Part shown: piece by piece, positions 43,501 to 50,910 of the stretch | How the letters are laid out: each line of letters opens with the position of its first letter | Position numbering within the stretch: the stretch's first letter is position 1 | DNA from: Octopus sinensis | Lineage: Eukaryota | Reading direction: 5' to 3' | Length of the DNA stretch: 64,000 bases | Assembly: GCF_006345805.1 (NCBI RefSeq) | Contig: NC_043004.1 | Coordinates: 86,676,001 to 86,740,000, forward strand | The notes under the pieces: generated by a model | Databases searched by the model: none | Told to the model about the DNA's origin: nothing | What the model saw: the letters and a program-made list of their open reading frames with translations, nothing else | Program-made: the position numbers and the translations under genes

Positions 43501-46500
43501 TTAATCAGCATATATATATATATAAAAGTTTAATTTAGTATTGATATATTTTAGTGAAGTGACCTTTTTTTCTATTTATGTTCTTGATATTGAAGGTGAC
43601 TTATGTAATAAATTTACTTAAGTTGCTGTAGTTTAACTACTGACCAGGAATTTAGCTTATCTAATTTTAGAATCTTCTGAGTTGAGATAAACTGAGAGAG
43701 AGAGAGAGTAATGTGTGTGGAGAGGGGTCAAAACCAACCATAACAAGAACTGAGTATAAATGAGAGCTAGCTGAAACAAATCAAACTTAAACATGAGACT
43801 ATCTTTCTATTTGCCATCAAAGTTATATTAACTAATAAAAGCAAAGACTTCTAATCCATTTTGATTGTGATATTTATAAATCTAACAATGATTCCTTTCT
43901 ATAAATAGGTGCTCTATACAAATTACATGCCAATCCTTGGTTTAATTTTCAAGGGCAAGTAGTTGAATGAATACAAATAGAGCAAAAGAGAATAAAGTTG
44001 TTTTTTTTAATTAATTATATAAAAGCAGTCCAAACATGTGGTCAAAAATCAAAAGCAATTTATTAATAGTAATTTTGAGAGAAACAGGAGAACAAGTTGT
44101 AAAAGTGTTCTTTTCCACCATGGCAGTCCATCTATTGCCAAAATACCTAATCCTGACTCATTTAAATAGCTGCAAACAGTTGTATGGAATAGAACAATAT
44201 GCTGTTCTAAAAAGCAAGAATATTGTATGCATGGCTTGGTAATTAACAAGTTTATTTCACAGATAGATGGTTCAAGATTGGATCCCACTGCGCAACACCT
44301 TGGGTAAGTGTTTTCTACAATAGTCAGGTTGACCAAAATCTTGTGGATGATATCTCATAAACAGAAACTGTAGAAACCTTTTGGAGAGACCGTTCCTTTT
44401 ATTTGGGTGGCACATTTGAGCCATTGCCTTGTGCATTACCACCATCTGGCTCTTGAGTGCATTTAGCAGAGCAATAACATTACCTCAAAATACTCAACTC
44501 AGAACACTATCAAAATGGCACTATATTAGAGGACAAAAATCAAACCAGCACTTTCAACAAAATAAATACAGTGAATAAAAGAGAAAGTAGATGTTATACT
44601 TGATGTAGTAAACTGAGAAATTTTAATTACAGGTATCCTTCATATAACAGAAAACACTGGTTGTGGAATTCCATGCTTACAGATATTGTAAAGTATGACC
44701 ACAAATTTGGGAACTCCTGTAATTCTGCCTTTATGTAAACTTGAGAAAACTTTTATTTTCAAAACTGAAATTATTTTAATATTTTTTTTCCTCAAATCTC
44801 ATCAGCATGTCTTCCCCCTTCCACCTCTACCTTATTTTTGTGGGTATCAATTCAAATGACCTTGTTTCGTTTTGATCTCAATATTTTACCAGCATCTATC
44901 AGCTCACTCCATTACATTCCCCTTACATCCTAAGCAATGAGACAACTACTTTTTGCCAACGCAAAACATCACTACTTTTCTTGGATTCTACTGTTTTACA
45001 ATTTGGAGAGAATTTCGTGTTTGTCACCACAACTATTGAATTTAGCTACTAATGAGTAAGTATGAATACATTAGTCATTCAAAATGGAAAAAGACTAACA
45101 AATGGAAGTGAAGGACAGTGGTGCAAAAGAGTCTAAGGGACTGTTGGTCATTTAAGTGAAAGCTATAAGTTTGTATAACAAGGTGTTAAAAGTGGAAGTG
45201 CATTTTCTAGCATAATACCTTCTGTTGTTAGAAAGGTTTAAGAAGAGTCTTAATTAGCAAAACATTGAAATGACCTGTGAAACTTCCAGTGCTAAGACAG
45301 AAGCTGCTACTAATTCTGAGGAGCCGAAGGAAATTATTACTCTAAGAAGGTTAAAAACCAGAACACATGTACAATGTTGACAAAAGTGGACTTTTCTGGA
45401 AGTACATGCTGATTACAACTTTTATTTCTAGAGAAAAAAAAGATCAACCTAACACTTTAAAGCTTCCAAATATCATCTGATACCTCTTGTGGGATGAAAT
45501 GTTGCTAGTAATATGAAATCAAAGCCCCTAGTTATGTATCATTCTCCAATTCCAAGAACTTTCAAGGGTATGCTAAATTTAATCTACTTGCAATTTAGTA
45601 TTCAAATTAGGCTTGCATGACTTACAAAGTGAACTAGCAAGCGTAAATATTTCTGATAATGTAAGACTAAAAACACATCTTCAAGATATATCTTCTTTGT
45701 GTCAGCCAATGGATCAAGGTGTGATAGCTAATTTCAAACATAAAGAACTTTGAAAGAACTCATAAAAACTATGACAGAGAAGAGAAACTTACAATTAGAG
45801 ACTTTTGGTAAAAAACCCAACATTGTGAATGTAGTGAACAACAATAATCAAGCCATAAGATGAAATGGCTTTTGGCAAACATACGATCAGACTATCTGAA
45901 AGTTTAGCAAGATACTACAATTCATAGAACACGGTGCGGTTAAAAGTTGCCAGCGCTGCCTTGGCTGGCTCCCGTGCCGGTGGCACGTTAAAAGCTCCAA
46001 CTGATCGTGGCCAATGCCGGACACCCCTGGCACCTGTGCAGGTGGTACGTAAAAAGCACCCACTACACTCGCGGAGTGGTTGGCATTAGGAAGGGCATCA
46101 AGCTGTAGAAACTCTGCCAGATCAGACTGGAGACTGGTGCAGCCCCTGGCTTCCCAGACCCCGGTCGAACTGTCCAACCCATGCTAGCACGGAAAGCGGA
46201 CGTTAAACGATGATGATGATGATGATTACTTGAAAAACATTGGTGTAACGAGGAGCTAATCATATAAGAAAAAAGAAAGGTGCATGGTAAGAAGAGGATA
46301 TAGAAGCACCACTTATTCCACCTCAGTTGATTGCAAAGAATATGGCTAAATCACTGGCATTTACAGTAGAAGTTCCATAGATCTCTGCTGTTAATGATCT
46401 TAATTGTGAATGTAAATAAAAATCCCAAGAGGTATTGATAATGAAACAATTTCCTATTGTGAACTGTACAAGATGATGTTCTGTAATTATGAAATAACTT

Positions 46501-49500
46501 TGGACAAGTTCTTCATTTCTGCAGCATATACTGATGAACTAGACTGAAATAGATAGTGCTTCTCTTCCTGCCAGAATCCCCCTTTGATAAACACTACTGT
46601 TTATCAAATAGCAGTCAATGTTATTTGTGGCAAGTATGTACTGTACAACATATTCTGAGATATTCCCAAATGCATTTCTCTTCAAATATTTTATGTATAT
46701 ACATACTGTACTCTGTGTGTGTTTAAAAATTAATATTTTCGTGCGTAAGTGATGGAATAATGGTTTTGTGAAATTGACAAAACCATAAAAGAGACAGGCA
46801 TGGAAAGATTGGAAGAATGGGGATAGCAGAGAAATATAATAGGTGGCTACAAGAGAAGATAAACAGCAGATTTATCTCGCAAGGTGAGAAACAGAAAGGA
46901 AGAAGTTTGCCAATGTTCTACAGTGTAAAGATCAGAAGCATGAGGGTTTCTGGATAGCTTGAAAGTGTATTAGAGAAAAATTGTGATATGGGAAAGATGT
47001 ATATATGGATGGATGATGGAACACTTGCACTTCATGATTTTGAAAGAAAATAGACTACTACAAAAAGCTAACAGAGGAGAATGCAACAGAGAAAGAGAGA
47101 GGGACCAGGTATCCTTTAACAGCAATATAACAGATAAAACGATTAAGAATATGAAGACAGAGAAAGCTCCCGATCTATCAGGAAGTACAAGCGAGATGCT
47201 TAAAATATATGGTAGATGGGATAGTGCCTAGTTACCTGTGTAGTTAATCAGGTTGAACAGGAAGATATCATACCCAGTGACTAGAGTGGCAGCATTATAG
47301 TCAACTGTTATAAGAGTAAACGAAATGCCTTAGGCAGAAGTAATTTAATAGGTGTCAAATTACTGAACCCGGTCATGAAAATTATCGAAAGGGTACCATG
47401 AGGGTACAACCTAACAAACTTTCACCACCATCTTCTCTCTCCCAGATGGGGTAACCATTTTTCTTCTCTACTGCATTTTTTTTAAAGTCTGGTACTTACT
47501 CTATTGGTCTCCTTTGCCAAACTGCTAAGTCATGGGGATGTAAACAAGCCAACATTGGTTGTCAGAAAGTGAATAAGCATGCTGGGCTTTCATACAATTT
47601 TTGTCTACGAAATTCACTCACAAGATATTAACTTGGGGTTATAGTTGAAGATACTTGGCCAAGGTCTCACACAGAGTGACATGGTTGCAAAGCAAGTGTC
47701 TTAACCACACAGCCATTAGTTTTTAACCTCTGATCAACTTGCACAAAACCACCTCCCCTTATATTACCCCCCCCCCCCCCAGATAAGAGGTTTTTGTCTT
47801 GCAAGTTACTTGGTGATCTCACCAGTGCTAGTGCCATATAAAGAGAACTAAATACACTCTGTAAAGTGGTTGATGATAAGAAGGGTATCCAGCCATAGAA
47901 ACCATGCCATATCAGATAATAGAGCATGGCACAATCCTCTGGCTTGCCAACTCATATCAAACTGTCCAATCCACACCAACGTGCAAAGAGAACATTAAAT
48001 GGTGATAATGATAGGATATTTGTAATAAAATGATGAAAGCAGTCATTATCTATGTGACAACTTCAGGTGAGAAAAACAAGAGAAATAACATGTGTACAAA
48101 CACACCTACACTGAATATATGATGTAATTTCACATCATCTACTGCCCAATTGTGAAAATACATCCACAAATACATATATTAGAATTCTTTGCATACCAAA
48201 TGATTTCTTTTAAAAATCCTACTCACATACATATTTGAAAATTTAATACTCCTGCTTTTTTTTTTTTTTTTTGACTAAGCTAGGATACTATCATTGAAGG
48301 TTTAGTTTGTCATATTAACACGAGAATTCTTTTTCATTGATTTCTAATTGTCTAAACACTAAGTTAAGGGACATAAAACAACAACAATTTTTAGCCGGTA
48401 GACATAAACGCAGACACACACAAAACAGGCCTTTGTAGTTTATGCCTATCAAATTCTACCCAGAATGTTATCCACCAGAAGATAACTCTTGCCTAAGGTG
48501 TCATACACTGCGATTGAACCCAAAACTACACAGTTTTGAAGCAAACTTCTTAATCACACAGCCAAGGATTATTTTCAGAAATATGCCTAGTTTGTTAAAC
48601 TGAATATGTCAGTACATCAGTGAATACAAACACACACACACACACACACACCACACACACACACACGCACGAAAGGATTTTGAAGCAGAAGATTCTATAA
48701 AATGTTGATTTGAGTGGTTTTAAAGTGTTAGAAGTAAAATAATTAAAACTAAAGGATGTATTAATATAACCATCATTATTTAATGAATGGTTTCTATGCT
48801 GGCACAGGTAGGACTGTTTGACAGGGAACTGGTGAGTTGCAGGTCTGTGTTAAGTTCCAATGTCATCTTTGGTAAAGTTTCTAGGTTTCTATGGCTGGAT
48901 GCCTTTTCTGCCAACCAGTTTACAGAGTGCCACTGACATAGTGAGGTTGCTATGTAACTTGCATGACAAAAAAGAACAGAGAAAAGGAGACAGAAAAGGC
49001 ACCTACAACTAAGAGAAAGTATTTGGGAGAGGTAGGTGGAGGTGGGTGGCTGTATGCCAGGTGTTGAAAGGCTAGAGTACTATAGAAAGATACAGGTATC
49101 TTGCAATAGAGAAGAGGAAGAAACAAGAAGGTGAGCATAAGAGAAGACACAGACGGTGGATCATGTGAGGAAGATGAGCAAGTGGATGCTTCATACAAGC
49201 ATAAGTGGAGGATAATGTAAGTGATGAACAGGGTGGGGATGCAGATTATGGGAAATATCAGTATGTAAAAGGGTAAGGTGGGGGATATAGGAAACAGAAT
49301 GTAGTAGAATGTTGTGCAAGGGGTAGAAGCAGTGGAGAAAGAGATATAAAGAAACATAAGGGGCTATAGTGAGTCATGGTTTGTATGTTTAGCTATTTTA
49401 TGAAGCAATTTAATTAGACCAATAGGTGCAGGTATGGCTGTGTAGTTGAGAATCATGCCTCCCAACCATGCAGTCTCCAGTTCAGTTCCACTGCACAGCA

Positions 49501-50910
49501 CTTAGGCAAATATCTTCTGCTAAAACCCCAAGCCAGTCAAAGTCTGTGTGGACTAGGTAGACTGAAACTGGAAGAAACCGGGGAGGTTGTTACGTTCATG
49601 TCTGTACTCTTATTTTGATATAACATGGTGGTTGTAAACAAGCAGAATCATACAAGCCAGGTTGTTTGTTTCCAGTCTTCTGTGAAAAACATGTCCAGCG
49701 ATGGAGAAATATTACCTTACTTGGAACCAAGTGACAATAGGAAAGGCATCCAGCTGTTGAAAAGCTGTCTCAACAAATTCCATCTGACCCAAGTAAGCAT
49801 GAATAAGTGGAAGTTAAAACAACAACGATATATCCATATCATCATCGTTTAACATTCACCTTCCATGTGGAATAGATTGGACAAATTTTCTGAGGCTGTG
49901 TTTTACAGCTGGATGCCTTTCCTGTAGCCAAACCTTTTAGTTATTTCCTATGACATACAGGGACACTGACCTGTTTTAAAACCAGGATGCACACAGTCAA
50001 ACAGTACACAGACAACTTCACATGCATGTACTGACATGCAAAACCACACTACTACACAACAGTATGTGGAGTTTACTAATTCCTATTAAGCATGTCAAGC
50101 AAATACTCTTAAATAAATTTAAAATGTCCATAAAAACACTACTATAATTCTAGACACCAGAAACATCAGGTTTTCTTGATAATAAAAATTATATACTGAG
50201 CAAATGTAAATTGGGGGCGGGGTCATTTAAGCATGTGATCTATCTATCCATTATAGGCACAAGTATGGCTGTGTGGTTAAGACACTTGCTTTGCAACCAT
50301 GTCACTGTGTGAGGCCTTGGGCAAGTATCTTCAACTATAACCACCAAGTTGACCAATATCTTGGGAGTGAATTTCATAGACAAAAATTGCATGAAAGCCC
50401 AGCATGTTTATTCACTTTCTGACAACCAGTGTTGGCTTGTTTACATTCCCATGACTTTGCAGTCTGGCAAAGGAGACCAATAGTACCGAACTTTAAAAAA
50501 AAAATTAAATAAGTACTGGGGTCAATTTACTTGGCTAAACCCTTCAAGGTAGAACCCTAGCATTGTTGCTCTCAAATGACTGAAACAAGATAAACTTAGG
50601 CAACTGAAGAGTTATTATTATATATGGTAAGTTATATGCTAAATATACTATTTCAGATGTAACAAAAATAATTGAGGAGGGATTATTTTTTTATATATTA
50701 CCAAAAGCATTAAAAGCAGAAATAGTAACACAGACAGAAGACAGATTCATATATTTACCTCTGCTTTATGGTCTTTTTCTTTCTGTTCTTTAATATCCTT
50801 ATCATTTTTATGATTTTTATCATGATTTTGGTGATTACTGCTATTTTTATTGTTACTGGTATATGAATAATGGTTGAGTCTCCTATCTGATGTAGGTGAG
50901 TCAGTGGAGC
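1380..50910 (-). CDS. WAC: WAC-like gene (WW domain-containing adaptor with coiled-coil), partial; 8 coding exons (1249 nt) in window, 5' and 3' ends outside
   Basis: Manual splicing gives one open frame with all intron phases matching (1|0|2|1|1|1|2|0|2). It contains the WW domain [31 protein letters not shown] and the C-terminal [13 protein letters not shown]...[22 protein letters not shown], both closely matching recalled human WAC and Drosophila Wacky sequences. Confidence 0.93.
1792..1973. mobile_element. TTAA-flanked MITE (piggyBac-like ends)
   Basis: TTAA|CCTCTTAGCATTTAAA ... TCTGAATGCTAAAGGG|TCAA: imperfect ~16-bp terminal inverted repeats with a TTAA/TCAA target duplication. A 3' half copy lies at 11213-11289. 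Confidence 0.7.
2049..2226 (-). CDS. WAC: WAC exon: [59 protein letters not shown]
   Basis: Acceptor ttttaacag|A, donor CAG|GTATGT; 178 nt, phase 2 to 0. Matches human [28 protein letters not shown]. Confidence 0.92.
2374..2551 (-). CDS. WAC: WAC exon, S/P-rich linker: [58 protein letters not shown](E)
   Basis: Acceptor ttttcttcag|CAG, in-frame donor GA|GTCAGT; 178 nt, phase 1 to 2. Open frame and phase-compatible with both neighbours. Confidence 0.8.
2700..2880 (+). mobile_element. tRNA-derived SINE, family A (GAGTTCAAA B-box-like; GTCGACTTTGCCTTTCA core), decayed
   Basis: Similar to copies at 23297, 32951, 33177 and 40911. Confidence 0.6.
4428..4992 (+). mobile_element. Internally deleted mariner (565 bp, non-autonomous)
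   Basis: TA|TTGGGTTGTCCGGAGAGTTTGTACCGATTT ... AAATCAGCACAAACTTTCCAGACAACCCAA|TA. Transposase start [15 protein letters not shown] is fused out of frame to [34 protein letters not shown]. Confidence 0.92.
5911..5979 (-). CDS. WAC: WAC small exon: (A)[22 protein letters not shown]
   Basis: Acceptor tttttcccgttatag|CA, donor A|GTAAGT; 69 nt, phase 1 to 1, open frame. Confidence 0.75.
7047..7930 (+). mobile_element. Internally deleted mariner, irritans-like (884 bp)
   Basis: TA|TGAAGTGGTATCAAAAAGTTCCCAGACTAGTT ... AACTAGTCAGGGAACCTTTTGACACTACCTCA|TA. Remnants include [23 protein letters not shown] and LHDNAPCH. Confidence 0.9.
11213..11289. mobile_element. 3' half of the TTAA MITE family seen at 1792-1973
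   Basis: CATCATTGAAATCTTAAAGC...GATTAATTCAAAAC...CTGAATGCTAAAGGGTTA aligns with 1880-1973. Confidence 0.6.
11330..12040 (+). pseudogene. Highly decayed Tc1/mariner-superfamily transposase remnant
   Basis: Scattered motifs [10 protein letters not shown] (~11564), [33 protein letters not shown] and [14 protein letters not shown] occur in the expected order. No TIRs found. Confidence 0.55.
12950..13155 (+). mobile_element. SINE/RTE 3' tail remnant
   Basis: CAGAGTATTACCTTGCTTG...GAAAGGCACC...ACCCAAGCAAGCATGGAGAAGTG...ATGATAATGATG; homologous to 49690-49830. Confidence 0.55.
13991..17000 (+). mobile_element. Academ-type (AcademX-like) DNA transposon, decayed and internally deleted, 3010 bp
   Basis: Ends TAGTCCATGAGCCA ... 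TGGCTCAAGGACTA (13/14 inverted match), with flanks CAA/TAA (possible 3-bp TSD with one mismatch). Frameshifted ORF pieces: [72 protein letters not shown] (XPG-like) and [32 protein letters not shown] (Cys8). Confidence 0.8.
20044..20175. mobile_element. 5' part of a second TTAA|CCC-ended MITE family
   Basis: TTAACCCTTTTGATACCAACCTGGCTGAAACC... start; the other end was not found. Confidence 0.45.
23297..23490 (-). mobile_element. SINE family A, decayed with internal deletion
   Basis: ACTGGTACTTATTTTATCAATCCCGAAGGATGAAAGGCAAAGTCAACC, homologous to 33250-33310. Confidence 0.75.
25301..25639 (-). CDS. WAC: WAC exon (113 codons): [59 protein letters not shown]...[21 protein letters not shown]
   Basis: Acceptor ccccatgcag|CA, donor G|GTAAAT; 339 nt, phase 1 to 1. 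GC-elevated island, with the frame of track ORF 25245..25496. Confidence 0.8.
26195..26625 (-). mobile_element. tRNA-derived SINE, family B, near full length with internal CA/TA microsatellite
   Basis: Reverse complement begins CATGGCTGTGTGGTAAGATGTTTGC...GGTTTGGTCCCAGTGTGTGGCACCTTGGG...GATGGAAACTAGAAGAAGC; same family as 37455 and 50255. Confidence 0.7.
27560..27902 (+). mobile_element. SINE/RTE-type 3' tail with (ATG)n end
   Basis: AAAAAGCACCCACTACACTC...AAGGGCATCC...ACCCATGCTAGCATGG...TTAAACGATGATGATGATG; homologous to 45940-46227. Confidence 0.8.
28039..29286 (+). mobile_element. Near-full-length mariner (irritans-like, 1248 bp) with pseudogenised transposase (ATG 28195, stop 29211-29213)
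   Basis: TIRs CAGAGGGTGTTTATTGAAGATTTCC ... GGAAATCTTTAATGAACACCCCTTG|TA. Motifs [45 protein letters not shown] and [16 protein letters not shown]; multiple stops and frameshifts. Confidence 0.92.
31047..31123 (-). CDS. WAC: WAC exon: (M)[25 protein letters not shown]
   Basis: Acceptor ttgtatcttccag|G, donor T|GTAAGT; 77 nt, phase 2 to 1. Exactly bridges the WW exon (phase 2) to the 25639 exon (phase 1). Confidence 0.8.
31655..31915 (+). mobile_element. RTE LINE RT-core fragment, decayed
   Basis: [19 protein letters not shown], matching the RTE motif GTTDAIFxVRQLQEK. Confidence 0.55.
32420..32710 (+). mobile_element. SINE family B, decayed
   Basis: GGTTCAGTCCC...GATGGAAACTGAAAGAAGCC...GAAAGGCATCCAGTTGTAAAA. 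Confidence 0.55.
32951..33164 (-). mobile_element. SINE family A (older copy of a tandem pair)
   Basis: ACTGGTACTTATTTTATCAACC...GTAAAGTTGACCCTGGCAGAATTTGAA; flanked by AAAGCTAATAAT repeats. Confidence 0.8.
33177..33388 (-). mobile_element. SINE family A (better-preserved copy of a tandem pair)
   Basis: Reverse complement GTGGTGAGCTGGCAGAAATGTTAGC...CTGAGTTCAAATTCTGC (A/B-box-like)...TTTGCCTTTCATCCTTTC; flanked by AAAGCTAATAAT. Confidence 0.85.
34005..34335 (-). mobile_element. LINE (RTE-like) ORF C-terminal fragment
   Basis: [17 protein letters not shown]...WRRCLRAL, matching the LINE C-terminal GRPRxRWxD...WR motif. Confidence 0.6.
34949..35076 (-). CDS. WAC: WAC WW-domain exon: [42 protein letters not shown]
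   Basis: Acceptor tcttttttaatag|GTA, donor AT|GTAAGT; 128 nt, phase 0 to 2. Near-identical to the recalled human WW domain [30 protein letters not shown]. Confidence 0.95.
37198..37252. repeat. (TATC)n / (TA)n microsatellite
   Basis: Directly visible. Confidence 0.95.
37455..37765 (+). mobile_element. SINE family B, near full length
   Basis: CATGGTTGTGTGGTGAGACATTTGCTTCCCAACCACATGG...GATGGAAACTGAAAGA...GGTGCCCCAGCATGGTCACAGTCCAATGACCGAAA. Confidence 0.8.
40911..41100 (+). mobile_element. SINE family A, decayed
   Basis: GAGCTCAAATTCTACCAAGGTTGACTTTGCCTTTCA...GATAAAATAAGTACCAGTTGAGCA. Confidence 0.7.
41690..43135 (+). mobile_element. RTE LINE remnant with internal deletions (end of APE, linker, RT C-terminus)
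   Basis: [15 protein letters not shown] (APE end); [11 protein letters not shown]...YYKRLLN (linker); [27 protein letters not shown] (RT C-terminus). The RT core is missing. Confidence 0.75.
44240..44385 (-). mobile_element. Rearranged SINE family B head fragment(s)
   Basis: GGATCCCACTGCGCAACACCTTGGGTAAGTGTTTTCTACAATAG...GACCAAAATCTTGTGGATG resembles the family B head; orientation is uncertain. Confidence 0.35.
44630..46560 (+). mobile_element. pogo/Tigger-like transposon remnant interrupted by a SINE
   Basis: [52 protein letters not shown] and terminal ITLDKFF match Tigger/CENP-B-type transposases. Putative left end TA|CAGGTATCC; right TIR not found. Confidence 0.7.
45940..46227 (+). mobile_element. 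Young, CpG-rich SINE/RTE-tail insertion with (ATG)n end, nested in the Tigger remnant
   Basis: GGTGGTACGTAAAAAGCACCCACTACACTCGCGGAGTGG...GGAAAGCGGACGTTAAACGATGATGATGATGATGAT; many CpGs retained. Confidence 0.85.
46770..48012 (+). mobile_element. RTE LINE remnant (linker + RT N-terminus joined to 3' UTR/tail), interrupted by a SINE
   Basis: [23 protein letters not shown]...[15 protein letters not shown]...VMKIIERV, then pyrimidine-rich UTR, then tail GCAAGTTACTTGGTG...AAGGGTATCCAGCC...TTAAATGGTGATAATGAT. Confidence 0.7.
47480..47725 (-). mobile_element. SINE family B nested in the RTE remnant
   Basis: Reverse complement has TGGCTGTGTGGTTAAGACACTTGCTTTGCAACCATGTCACTCTGTGTGAGACCTTGGCCAAG, nearly identical to 50266-50325 on +. 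Confidence 0.75.
48375..48565 (-). mobile_element. SINE family B head fragment
   Basis: Reverse complement TGGCTGTGTGATTAAGAAGTTTGCTTC...GGGTTCAATCGCAGTGTATGACACCTTAGGC. Confidence 0.6.
48770..49375 (-). mobile_element. 5'-truncated RTE 3' UTR plus tail
   Basis: Purine-rich 400 bp on + (pyrimidine-rich on -) followed on - by the GCAAGTTACATAG...AAGGCATCCAGCC...TTAAATAATGATG tail. Confidence 0.6.
49425..49935. mobile_element. SINE family B on + (49425-49830), tail-to-tail with a minus-strand tail fragment (49838-49935)
   Basis: Head GGTATGGCTGTGTAGTTGAG...GTTCAGTTCCACTGC. The tails share a perfect 18-bp inverted repeat, GGAAAGGCATCCAGCTGT. Confidence 0.75.
50255..50590 (+). mobile_element. 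SINE family B, near full length
   Basis: TATGGCTGTGTGGTTAAGACACTTGC...AAGTACTGGGGTCAATTTAC...CAAATGACTGAAACAAGATAAA. Confidence 0.75.
50759..50910 (-). CDS. WAC: WAC exon upstream of WW: [50 protein letters not shown]
   Basis: Acceptor ttttctcttctattag|GC, donor GAG|GTAAAT; 152 nt, phase 1 to 0. Open, charged and low-complexity, like the WAC N-terminus. Confidence 0.78.
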
